DNA of 43,432 nucleotides, from positions 1 through 43,432 of IMG/VR virus record IMGVR_UViG_3300033487_000017. One strand, written 5' to 3'. Both the position numbers and the translations under genes were made by a program. The DNA comes from a virus (taxonomy: Duplodnaviria; Caudoviricetes). Shown here in pieces: positions 18,254 through 26,065 of this stretch (the stretch's first letter is position 1; each line of letters opens with the position of its first letter). The notes beneath the pieces are model-generated. The model was given only the letters and a program-made list of their open reading frames with translations, made no database searches and was not told the origin of the DNA.

Positions 18254-18281
18254 GTAGCCCGCTGACGTAGGATGTGCCTAT

Positions 18282-18310
18282 ATTATAGCATTTATCACCC
18301 TATATTTCAA
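18282..18310 (-). promoter_or_regulatory. sigma70-type late promoter for the holin/terminase/portal operon
   Basis: TTGAAA-17 nt-TATAAT with extended -10 (TGc) on the minus strand. Confidence 0.8.
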
Positions 18311-18320
18311 TAACTGAATA

Positions 18321-18509
18321 TTACCTATCCTTCACCGTCATATCTATCTGGACCACCTTGCCGCGGTACACCGTGATAACAATCTCGCCGTGGCCCGTAT
18401 CACCGTAGATCATGGCGAGCCGGTTGGCGATCTTAGCAACGAAGCGCGCTGGCATGACCGACAACAGGCGGCAGATCAGCTCGGTTGGGTTGGGTTCGGC
18501 GTCATCCAT
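18321..18509 (-). CDS. Small protein, YezD/DUF2292-like
   Basis: GHGEIVITVYRGKVVQID resembles the DUF2292 pattern. Confidence 0.5.
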   Translation of the reverse strand: MDDAEPNPTELICRLLSVMPARFVAKIANRLAMIYGDTGHGEIVITVYRGKVVQIDMTVKDR

Positions 18510-18530
18510 GATGCGCCCCTTGTGGGGTGG

Positions 18531-19370
18531 CTATTTCACCCGCTCCAATACGCCCTTCAGGTGGACGATCTTTCCGTCCGGCGTCTCGATCTCCAGCTCG
18601 TTGACCTTGAGTGTGGTGTCCTCAGGCGGCGGAGGTGGGGGCGGCGGCTCGGGCTTATAATCTAGGCATACCATGCACTCAGCCCGATAAGAGTACAGCT
18701 TTTGGATGCTGGCGTAGGAGATCCATACCGGCCCACCGTTGGCCCAGCCTGCGCCCCAGGTGTTCAGCAAGGCCACCGCCTTGCGGCTGTCCGATACGGA
18801 CTGCCCGAAGATAGCGTGCCCGCCCAGGATAGAACCCCAGCTTGCGCGCGTGCCGATCCAATATTCACTGTTCACGGTACGCGGGCTGTTGAACTCGCTG
18901 AACCAAGGAATGCCGAACACCACCGGGTATCCTTCGGCGGCAGCGGTGCGGATCTCGTCCACCGATTTCGCCCACCAGTAGGACATGATCTTGTATTCCA
19001 TGTCCGGCACGCCAGTCTTGTATAAGGCGTGGCCTTCCTTGCGCAGCACGTCGCCGGCTGCCCACAAATAGGCGCCATCGTTATCGTTCTTGGTGCCGGG
19101 GTCGTTGTCTATCGCTTGCGCCCGCTTGTACAGCCAGTAAGCATTGAATAGCTCGTCATCGTGATAAGACTTCATCCACGAGCAAGAGTAGCCGACGCAG
19201 GCGCCGATGTTGCCCTGGTTCTGCTCGTCGATCCACTCCCGGTTGTACGGGAACGTGACTTCGACGCTGCCCATGGGAGGTACGCCCAGGCGCAGCCTGC
19301 TCATGTCGTAGCGTTCGTTATCCGCCATCTTGCGCGGGTCAGTGGTTGGTATCCAGCCTAATTGTGTCAT
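18531..19370 (-). CDS. Papain-like (C1) cysteine peptidase with Pro-rich linker; putative lysis enzyme
   Basis: NQGNIGACVGY (Gln/Cys), GGHAI (His), LNTWGAGWANGG (Asn). Confidence 0.85.
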   Translation of the reverse strand: MTQLGWIPTTDPRKMADNERYDMSRLRLGVPPMGSVEVTFPYNREWIDEQNQGNIGACVGYSCSWMKSYHDDELFNAYWLYKRAQAIDNDPGTKNDNDGAYLWAAGDVLRKEGHALYKTGVPDMEYKIMSYWWAKSVDEIRTAAAEGYPVVFGIPWFSEFNSPRTVNSEYWIGTRASWGSILGGHAIFGQSVSDSRKAVALLNTWGAGWANGGPVWISYASIQKLYSYRAECMVCLDYKPEPPPPPPPPEDTTLKVNELEIETPDGKIVHLKGVLERVK

Positions 19371-19759
19371 GTCATTTCTCCTTGTGATAATTCATTTACG
19401 GCCTCCCATATATCTTTATATGGGCCAACAATACGCTTTTTGTATCCAATTGAGCGCAAGTAATCCACAATGACGCCTGTAAGCTTACTACCAATATTGC
19501 GCCCATAATGGACATATCCCCATGTGTCCATTTCCTGATCCGTGTAAGCCACAAGTTCTCTAACTGTGCGAATATCGTTCCATTTGAGGGAATGTGTTAC
19601 CCTCGCACCCAGAATATCATCCCGAAGTTGTATATCCGGCCATTCCTGATGATGGCTTGTATCTCTCTTGTATTTTATCGGCTCATACGCAACACCAGAA
19701 GCTACTTCAACTTCAACCCGCAATATACTGCCGCAGTGCGGGCAGATAAATTCTGTCAT
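19367..19759 (-). CDS. Protein with an N-terminal CxxC motif and an RNA polymerase alpha-CTD-like domain
   Basis: LGARVTHSLKWNDIRTVRELVAYTDQEM..RNIGSK..VIVDYL parallels the alpha-CTD pattern LSVRxxNCLKxxxIxTVxDLxxxTExDL..NFGxKS. Confidence 0.6.
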   Translation of the reverse strand: MTEFICPHCGSILRVEVEVASGVAYEPIKYKRDTSHHQEWPDIQLRDDILGARVTHSLKWNDIRTVRELVAYTDQEMDTWGYVHYGRNIGSKLTGVIVDYLRSIGYKKRIVGPYKDIWEAVNELSQGEMT

Positions 19760-20538
19760 GCCTTCGCCTCCAATTTTCCAGCGTAAATCTGTCCGTTTTG
19801 TTTTAGCGTCATCTCATAATCGCTCACCGGCGGCGGCGTTGGCTCGTCGCCTGGGAACGGCAGCAGCGGACCCCACCATTCCCGGCTGATCTGTCCCTTG
19901 ATGCCATACGGCGCACCGTCAATGATCAGGTCTTGCCAGATGTACCAGGGAGTTCCGGCCCATACCGCCGGCAGGTAGGGTTTTTCGAGCGGCGGCTTGT
20001 TCGGTGAGTGCCAATTGGCTACCCATAACAAATACCGTTTCATGCTCTTGGTCTTGAAAATCACGTTGCCCGAGCCGGCGTTAGTGTAGATCGCTGGGTA
20101 AACGTAATCCTTCAAGGCTGGCTGTCCCGCCATCCATTGCGTCAACCAGCGGCCGATAGCGTCTATCGTGGCCTCGGTCGGATAGGCCAGACCGTATATA
20201 GACTCACGAACCGCCATCGTATCGGACGGTATCCGGCTGGTATATGCCTCGCAATCTAACCCAGGCGGCAGGCGCCAGCGGTCGAACTTCTCCACCTGGG
20301 CTATAAAGTTAGCGTACTGCTTGTCGGCCGAATCGGTTGTAGCAAAGTGCCACGGGAGCAGAAGGATGCTGGTGTCCTGTAGCATGGCGGCGTTGTGCTC
20401 CCAAGTCGGGTCAACGTAGCCTTTGCCCTGCGTCAGCCGCAGCCCGACAAAGCGGATGCCGTTAGCAATGAGCTTTTCGACCGCCTCGTCTGTTATTGGG
20501 CCTTGATAGGCTGATAGATATGTTCCTTGTATGCTCAT
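19756..20538 (-). CDS. Endolysin, GH25 muramidase
   Basis: LSAYQG, LRLTQGKGYVDP, WHF, LDCE (DxE), IYT, LWVANW; Pro-rich linker. Confidence 0.85.
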   Translation of the reverse strand: MSIQGTYLSAYQGPITDEAVEKLIANGIRFVGLRLTQGKGYVDPTWEHNAAMLQDTSILLLPWHFATTDSADKQYANFIAQVEKFDRWRLPPGLDCEAYTSRIPSDTMAVRESIYGLAYPTEATIDAIGRWLTQWMAGQPALKDYVYPAIYTNAGSGNVIFKTKSMKRYLLWVANWHSPNKPPLEKPYLPAVWAGTPWYIWQDLIIDGAPYGIKGQISREWWGPLLPFPGDEPTPPPVSDYEMTLKQNGQIYAGKLEAKA

Positions 20539-20714
20539 GCTGCCTCACTTTCTGGTTTTAGTTCCGGGTGGCAATCCAGACAGATCAGCAGATGCCCCGT
20601 CCATAGATGATCGGTGCGATCCCAATGGCGTGAGCACCAGGATTGGGTGACATCGCCCGGCTTGATCCGCAGCAGCGGGTGCGGCTGGTAGTCGCGCAGT
20701 TCGGTGTCGGTCAT
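20535..20714 (-). CDS. Hypothetical protein (59 aa), not in the ORF track
   Basis: MTDTELRDYQPHP...CLDCHPELKPESEAA; ATGA overlaps at both ends. Confidence 0.55.
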   Translation of the reverse strand: MTDTELRDYQPHPLLRIKPGDVTQSWCSRHWDRTDHLWTGHLLICLDCHPELKPESEAA

Positions 20715-21025
20715 GGTGTCACTTCCGTTGGATCAAACCCCATTTTTACCAGCGCCGTATCATGGTTTAGATCGCCCCTATATGATCCCGGCAATTCTCC
20801 CCAATCGACGACTTCTCCGTTTTCATCCGCAGGGAAGATATAGGTTTCGGGTCCGCTAAACATGGCATGGGTAGCACTCACAACAACAAATTCCGTTTCA
20901 CCTTCGGGAGTATCCATGTCATCAAAGAGCGATCCATAAGGGATCTTTTCCGACAGCTTATATAGTTTTGCTGTTCCCGTAAATCCCGCCATGTCTTTGA
21001 TATATGTCGCAGTTTTGGTGTTCAT
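20711..21025 (-). CDS. Hypothetical phage protein
   Basis: Start moved to MNTKTATY; contains GPETYIFPADENG. Confidence 0.7.
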   Translation of the reverse strand: MNTKTATYIKDMAGFTGTAKLYKLSEKIPYGSLFDDMDTPEGETEFVVVSATHAMFSGPETYIFPADENGEVVDWGELPGSYRGDLNHDTALVKMGFDPTEVTP

Positions 21026-21144
21026 CTCGCCACCCCCGCCATCGTCACCACCGCGGCGACGATAATCAAGGCCGCGATGACGATACATACGGCAAGTATC
21101 CATATTGCCATCACCGCCGCTGCAGGTAATCCGCTATCTTTCAT
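21022..21144 (-). CDS. Small membrane peptide (40 aa), not in the ORF track
   Basis: MKDSGLPAAAVMAIWILAVCIVIAALIIVAAVVTMAGVAR; ATGA-coupled to the next gene. Confidence 0.5.
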   Translation of the reverse strand: MKDSGLPAAAVMAIWILAVCIVIAALIIVAAVVTMAGVAR

Positions 21145-21397
21145 TTTGTGCATCCCGCTTGATGCCAATGTTCAGCAGAATATTCCCGATCACGGCCTTA
21201 CTCTCGGGACAAATCTCATCGTAATATTCATCGACGCAGCTGAAACAAGCAAAAATATCAGGATCGTTTGGGTAGTTGCGCTCTAGTCCAAAGAGGGCAT
21301 ATACACGACGATGACATAAAGGGCACTCAACTCTGTCCGGTGCCGTCATCGTTGCGCCGCTTGCCCGTCGGCGGTAACCTTGTGGTATCTTACTCAT
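21134..21397 (-). CDS. Hypothetical Zn-binding protein
   Basis: CPLC...CFSC; AGGAGG RBS before MSKIPQ. Confidence 0.6.
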   Translation of the reverse strand: MSKIPQGYRRRASGATMTAPDRVECPLCHRRVYALFGLERNYPNDPDIFACFSCVDEYYDEICPESKAVIGNILLNIGIKRDAQNER

Positions 21398-22328
21398 TCT
21401 GTCCTCCTGTTCTGTTCTGTTCACTGTTCTGGGGCCATATTCGAGGCGCACCCTCTGTGGGGAGGGGGGTTATCCGCAGCTTCCCCGTTGTCACCGCCTG
21501 GTACAGCCCGCCCACGGTATCATAAGGCGCCCGGATCGTGGTGGTCTTGCCCTGGTATTTCAGGATCGCCCCCACCCGTTGAAGCGCGTCGGTTAGCCGC
21601 GTCCATTTGTCTGCGTTGTAGCCCACCACCCTATAGCCTGGCAGCACGTGCGAGTCGGAGCCAACCACCGCCGCCGCTTGCCGCAGAAACTCGGTCACCT
21701 CCCGCCGCTCTTCGTCCGGTGGAAGAAGGCGGGGCAAGGCTTCGTCGCTGGTCATCCGCCAATAACGGTAAGCTGTGTCTGCCAGGGCCTGCCGCCGGAT
21801 CACGTCGATCCACACCACTAGGCCAAAGAGGACGACTGCCCCAATCCCGGCCAGGAACAGGGCGCCAAACCAGCGTAATAGATTCGCTCTGTCTGCTATG
21901 CGCTTCTTCGTGAGGATCGCCAACTCCCGCTCGTTGACGATGGCGGTCGATGTGCTCATCATCTGGGCAGACTGCACGAGATAACCGGCGGTGGATTGCA
22001 GCCGGATCGTCTCAGCCGTGGCGTGAGAGACGGTCGCCTGGAGATCGCCTGCCGCCCTGGTCGCCTGGAGTGCAATGCCCGTCTCGCTGGCCTGTATCGC
22101 CGCCTGCGTCCCCTCTGCCTGTGCCTGGAGAGCCAGCACTTCGCCCGCATAGCGCGTCTGTTCGAGCACCGCCGCACTCACCGCGCCTTCGGTTGCCGCC
22201 GCGTTCACCTGGCGGGCGATGGACGTGGCTTCGAGCGCAGCCTGGCCTTGCGCTATCTGGCTATACGGGTCGGTGGCGCAGGCGGAGAGGAGGAGGCAGA
22301 GCAGGGCAAAGCAGAGGCGCACGGTCAT
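21390..22328 (-). CDS. Predicted lipoprotein / membrane protein (Ala/Thr/Gln-rich stalk, TM helix, cytoplasmic domain)
   Basis: Lipobox LLLSAC, AT-rich helical region, TM WFGALFLAGIGAVVLFGLVVWI. Confidence 0.7.
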   Translation of the reverse strand: MTVRLCFALLCLLLSACATDPYSQIAQGQAALEATSIARQVNAAATEGAVSAAVLEQTRYAGEVLALQAQAEGTQAAIQASETGIALQATRAAGDLQATVSHATAETIRLQSTAGYLVQSAQMMSTSTAIVNERELAILTKKRIADRANLLRWFGALFLAGIGAVVLFGLVVWIDVIRRQALADTAYRYWRMTSDEALPRLLPPDEERREVTEFLRQAAAVVGSDSHVLPGYRVVGYNADKWTRLTDALQRVGAILKYQGKTTTIRAPYDTVGGLYQAVTTGKLRITPLPTEGAPRIWPQNSEQNRTGGQNE

Positions 22329-22810
22329 TCGCCCTCAACCCAGGCACGTCGTTGCGCCTCTTCCCTAATGCGTCCAAATAATTCAGGGTCTAGCATTTCT
22401 TCTGCAACATGCATGAAATACTGTGGGAGGATTAATGATTTTGGCCTCGACCTTTTTGGAGGCTTCGGGCGGCTTCCCATTTCTACTTGAATTGCCTGTG
22501 AATATGACGAACAAATATTCTTTACCTTAGACGCAGAGGCTACCCATTGCCTGTTCGGATAACCTTTTGCGTAAGACAATCCCAATTGCGACTTGATAGC
22601 ATTACCGAGTACATCAAGTTCTACTTTCAAGTCAAATAGTTGTTGATAGTCAAGTGTATGCATATATTCTCTGAGTTCATCCAATGACATCGCGAGAATC
22701 TGTTGTGATGGTGTCTGTATCTCATGTCGAATACGCCAACGTTCAATAGTATCATCCAGACTACGCGCCCAGTCCCTTGATGCATCAGAAACAAATACAT
22801 TTACGCTCAT
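22325..22810 (-). CDS. Hypothetical protein (AT-richer than its flanks)
   Basis: ATGA-coupled 161-aa ORF. Confidence 0.65.
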   Translation of the reverse strand: MSVNVFVSDASRDWARSLDDTIERWRIRHEIQTPSQQILAMSLDELREYMHTLDYQQLFDLKVELDVLGNAIKSQLGLSYAKGYPNRQWVASASKVKNICSSYSQAIQVEMGSRPKPPKRSRPKSLILPQYFMHVAEEMLDPELFGRIREEAQRRAWVEGE

Positions 22811-23278
22811 CTCCCTTTCCTCTCCGCCCGCATGTGTAACTCAAGCGAGCAATACTTCTGCCATGGCACGCGCGGCACGAATACCACCGGGCAACCGGGC
22901 CATGCGCACGCCTTCGCTTCGCCCAGCACCAGCGTTCCGTCGATCAGCGCACCGGGGCGAGCCAGCACCGTTACTTGTACGGTGTATGTCGTCATGACAG
23001 GTGCATCGTCCAGCGTCGCGCCGTATGCTTGCACGGCCAGGGCAAACGCAGGCGACGCTTCAACCGTCCCGCGGTGTACACTCTGTACATAGCGCCAGCC
23101 CCAGGGCGGGTTTATGTCCAGCCAAATTCGAGAGCTGCTTCGCCAGGTGAGTGTAGAATTTCACCTTGCCGAGCCGCTGCCGCAGGCCGTCCTCGTACTC
23201 GACGATCTCGGAAAGCAGTCGCCTTGTAACGACTTCTGGGGCGTTATTTTCAGGCATTCGTCCCGCAAATCCTTTCAC
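22807..23278 (-). pseudogene. One gene split by a +1 frameshift near 23105-23115 (programmed, mutation or assembly error); C-terminal Zn finger
   Basis: ORF 23060..23278 reads ..LSNLAGHK; the +1 frame continues PPWGWRYVQSVHRGTVEASPAFALAVQAYG into ORF 22807..23034 (CAWPGC..KYC). Confidence 0.6.
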
Positions 23279-23328
23279 GTGTGCAAGTCGATTCTAGCCA
23301 TGTCAGAAGTATGTCAGAAGGCAAAATT

Positions 23329-23556
23329 TCACCACCTGACCGGCGCGCTGATTGCGTAGCCCGTGGGTGGCACGCCGGAGCCGTTCTTCGTGCCGCACTC
23401 GTCCTTGATTTCCAGCACGCTTTCTATCCTAACCCCCCAGGCGTGACCGTTGAAAAGCGTAGCCTCTAGCCGCCCGTTGCCGATCAGCCTGCCGACTTGC
23501 TGGCGCGTAATTCCGAGGATGCGCCCGGCCTCGTTGGTCGAGATGTAGTCGGTCAT
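23329..23556 (-). CDS. Excisionase-like winged-helix DNA-binding protein (HTH_17/MerR-like)
   Basis: YISTNEAGRILGITRQQVGRLIGNGRLEA. Confidence 0.8.
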   Translation of the reverse strand: MTDYISTNEAGRILGITRQQVGRLIGNGRLEATLFNGHAWGVRIESVLEIKDECGTKNGSGVPPTGYAISAPVRW

Positions 23557-23711
23557 CGCTGGCCGTCCTTGTCTTTGTCTTTCTTTAGCTTGAACAACTT
23601 AGGGTCGCGCTCCCCGCTGTCATAGCCACACGAATGGCATTTCAATTGTGCAACGCCGCAGCGTTTATACGGTTTGACGTTGCTGGAATAACATACTGGA
23701 CATTGGTTCAT
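23553..23711 (-). CDS. Small Zn-ribbon protein (52 aa), not in the ORF track
   Basis: MNQCPVC...KCHSCGY; ATGA-coupled to the next gene. Confidence 0.55.
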   Translation of the reverse strand: MNQCPVCYSSNVKPYKRCGVAQLKCHSCGYDSGERDPKLFKLKKDKDKDGQR

Positions 23712-23875
23712 GGCTCAATTCCTTGAAAACCAAACATCATCCTGGCCGGTGTAATAATACGTGCATATCATCATCTGACACCAGAACCTAAATGATTTGC
23801 GTTCGTCATACCTAGAAACGATAAGAACATCCCACAACAATTGATCGAATAGACAGTCAGCCAGCAACGATAGTT

Positions 23876-24028
23876 TCATCCGCTGTAATCCCTGCCGGTC
23901 AACTCCGCTTGCTGGTTGTCGCGGATGCCGGCCAAGCGCACCGACGAATAAGCCCCCACCAGCGTTATTCCGACGCCGATAACGATCATGCACAGAAAGC
24001 TAATTAGGATTGTCAATATCTCATTCAT
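23876..24028 (-). CDS. Small membrane peptide (50 aa), not in the ORF track
   Basis: MNEILTILISFLCMIVIGVGITLVGAYSS..; AGGAGG RBS; ATGA overlaps. Confidence 0.55.
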   Translation of the reverse strand: MNEILTILISFLCMIVIGVGITLVGAYSSVRLAGIRDNQQAELTGRDYSG

Positions 24029-24432
24029 CGGGTGGCCTCCTTACACAGAGTAGACGTGAACGGCGGGCGTCCGTATTCGAGCAGGGCGTTCAGGTTAGCC
24101 ATAACCCAATCGCGGTCGCTCGGGTGCCCATGCTGCGCGGCATAGTATCCCGCCACGAACGGCTTAAACCACTCGCTATGCTCAAACATAAACGGACGCT
24201 CCATGATTACCTTGCCCTGGATATGCAGGTGACAACGCTGGCAAAGTGCAGCCAGGTTCCACCAGGCGCAGTTGGCCGGATTTATATCCAGGTGGTGAAC
24301 CGTCAGTGAATATCCGGTTTCTGGACTGTGTTCTTTGCCACACCTCACACAGTGCCAATTTGCGGCCAGCTTTATGGCTTGCGCTATGGCGGGCCAGTCT
24401 GCGGGGTATGTTCCACTACTCTTGCGTTTCAT
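24025..24432 (-). CDS. HNH endonuclease
   Basis: CVRCG, LTVHHLDINPAN, NLAALCQRCH. Confidence 0.85.
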   Translation of the reverse strand: MKRKSSGTYPADWPAIAQAIKLAANWHCVRCGKEHSPETGYSLTVHHLDINPANCAWWNLAALCQRCHLHIQGKVIMERPFMFEHSEWFKPFVAGYYAAQHGHPSDRDWVMANLNALLEYGRPPFTSTLCKEATR

Positions 24433-24646
24433 GTTCCGGCTCCCCAAGTATCTCAATTATCCTGTCGTGTATCGCCTCGCCCCGGCAGCGGTACTCTTCC
24501 GCCATTTCGCGGTCACCAAGTCGCCATGCCTTAGCCGCCTCGTTGAACCAGCGGTCGGCCAGCAGCAGGTCGGCGCTGAAGCGGGCCAGCTCGTCTATTT
24601 CTTTCCGAACAGGCTTGAGAACATCCCGAACTGCTTGTGCGCCCAT
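24416..24646 (-). CDS. Hypothetical protein
   Basis: Fills the gap between the loader-like and HNH genes. Confidence 0.45.
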   Translation of the reverse strand: MGAQAVRDVLKPVRKEIDELARFSADLLLADRWFNEAAKAWRLGDREMAEEYRCRGEAIHDRIIEILGEPEHETQE

Positions 24647-24981
24647 TTCACCGCCTTGTCTGACGTAAACTGCTCTTCGCTGATCTGGCCCTCACGGTAC
24701 AGGTCGTGCATGTAATAGGCTTGGTCGCGCAGGTTGCGCGACTCCCGTTCGCTTTCGTGGTCGTCGTGTTTTTTAGCCATTTTCACCTCATCGCAAATCA
24801 CCCGCAGCTCTGCCGGCTTTGGATACCAGGCGTGCAGTTTCACCGCCTGGCGCGCCGCCTGAATCAGTACGTCAGGCGGGTATTCCTCCAGCGCCCACAC
24901 ATAGCCCGTCACGCTCGACGGCTCAGTGCCATACGCCTCGCTCAACACTGCCAGCGTGTTCAATACGTCGCTCTCGCTCAT
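24595..24981 (-). CDS. Putative helicase loader/inhibitor (G39P or replication P-like)
   Basis: LSEAY..ALEEYP..WYPKPAEL; directly after the initiator. Confidence 0.6.
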   Translation of the reverse strand: MSESDVLNTLAVLSEAYGTEPSSVTGYVWALEEYPPDVLIQAARQAVKLHAWYPKPAELRVICDEVKMAKKHDDHESERESRNLRDQAYYMHDLYREGQISEEQFTSDKAVKWAHKQFGMFSSLFGKK

Positions 24982-25691
24982 GCGATTTTCTCCCCGCGCT
25001 CTAGCTTCTCGCGCGCCGCCTGGATCACGCCGGCGTTCTTGCGCGTGCCACTCTTGCCGTTCTTGCTCTGGAATCCGTTGGCCTGCCAGTTGCTAAGGAT
25101 CTTGGCAATATAGGACCAGTTGCGCGCATTGTGCCTTGCCGCCTCATCGAACGCCACCGGGAACCACTCGTGTGGATAATCGTCCCAGGCCGCTTTCAGC
25201 TTCTCCGCTATGATTGGCGTGATAACGCCAACTTCTGATTCATATAGATTAAATACAGATATAGAATCAGAGGAGATAAGAGGAGATAAGAGTGATGTAA
25301 CGCGGGCGGAATTGTCGTTTTTAGGCGTGTTTTCGTTACTGTAACGCGGAACATTTTCGTCAATTTCGCGGTGTTTTTCGCGATATTTGCGCACTCTGTC
25401 CACACTTTCACTGTATTGGTGCTTGCGCCAGTTCGTTATATGCCAACTGCCATCAGTTTCCTGATGAACTACCCCGACTGCGGAGAGGGCCGTCAGTGCC
25501 TCGCTCAGCTTCACCTCTGGTAGGTGGAGGATAAACGCCATCTTCTTTACGGGCTGTAGTTGACCATCGGCGTCATTACGTCCGGCTAACATCAGCAACT
25601 CGATCCAGCGCCGGTATAGATAGTCCGGCAACTCTGCCATGTCTGGATTGTCCAGCATTTTTGTGTGTAGCTTTACCCACGGACGGGCCAT
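24978..25691 (-). CDS. Replication initiator: N-terminal winged helix plus C-terminal DnaD domain
   Basis: PWVKLHTKMLDNP, ITNWRKHQ, RVRKYRE, VFNLYE, NWSYIAKILSNW. Confidence 0.85.
   Translation of the reverse strand: MARPWVKLHTKMLDNPDMAELPDYLYRRWIELLMLAGRNDADGQLQPVKKMAFILHLPEVKLSEALTALSAVGVVHQETDGSWHITNWRKHQYSESVDRVRKYREKHREIDENVPRYSNENTPKNDNSARVTSLLSPLISSDSISVFNLYESEVGVITPIIAEKLKAAWDDYPHEWFPVAFDEAARHNARNWSYIAKILSNWQANGFQSKNGKSGTRKNAGVIQAAREKLERGEKIA
25261..25385. other. Candidate replication origin inside the initiator gene
   Basis: TGTAACGCGG twice (25296, 25340), tandem AGAGGAGATA, several TTTTCG and an adjacent AT-rich tract; lambda O-like placement. Confidence 0.4.
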
Positions 25692-25708
25692 GATGACACC
25701 CCTGGTTA

Positions 25709-26065
25709 TTATTTTCCATTTGCCCAGTTGAACCATGCGCTAACTCTTGCGCGCAGAACATTTACATTTGCGGGTATTCTTTGTTCTCTGTCTTTATAAA
25801 GAATCAATAATTCTTCTGGCTTGTCGGTTTCACCCCAGATAACCATAACAGCATCACCGCGCTTTGCTAGTCTCTTGAGTGTGATCATCTGACCTTCCGG
25901 TATTTGTGCACCCGGCCTTTTTGTTTCGAGCCACAAAAACTTACCATTACGCTCAACGTGACCATCAATGTCAGTAGGTTCAATCATGGTTTCTCCAAAA
26001 CATCCACGTAATATTGCCCAATTCCAGATACCGCGGCAATAAGCCTCTAGATTATTTATTGTCAT
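25709..26065 (-). CDS. PD-(D/E)XK nuclease-fold protein
   Basis: PTDIDGHVE..FLWLETK..GQ. Confidence 0.6.
   Translation of the reverse strand: MTINNLEAYCRGIWNWAILRGCFGETMIEPTDIDGHVERNGKFLWLETKRPGAQIPEGQMITLKRLAKRGDAVMVIWGETDKPEELLILYKDREQRIPANVNVLRARVSAWFNWANGK

Noticed and set aside
21398-21430. Short CTGTT tandem repeats
   Set aside because: Low-complexity coding tail (QNSEQNRT) with no spacers; not a CRISPR array or clear regulatory element
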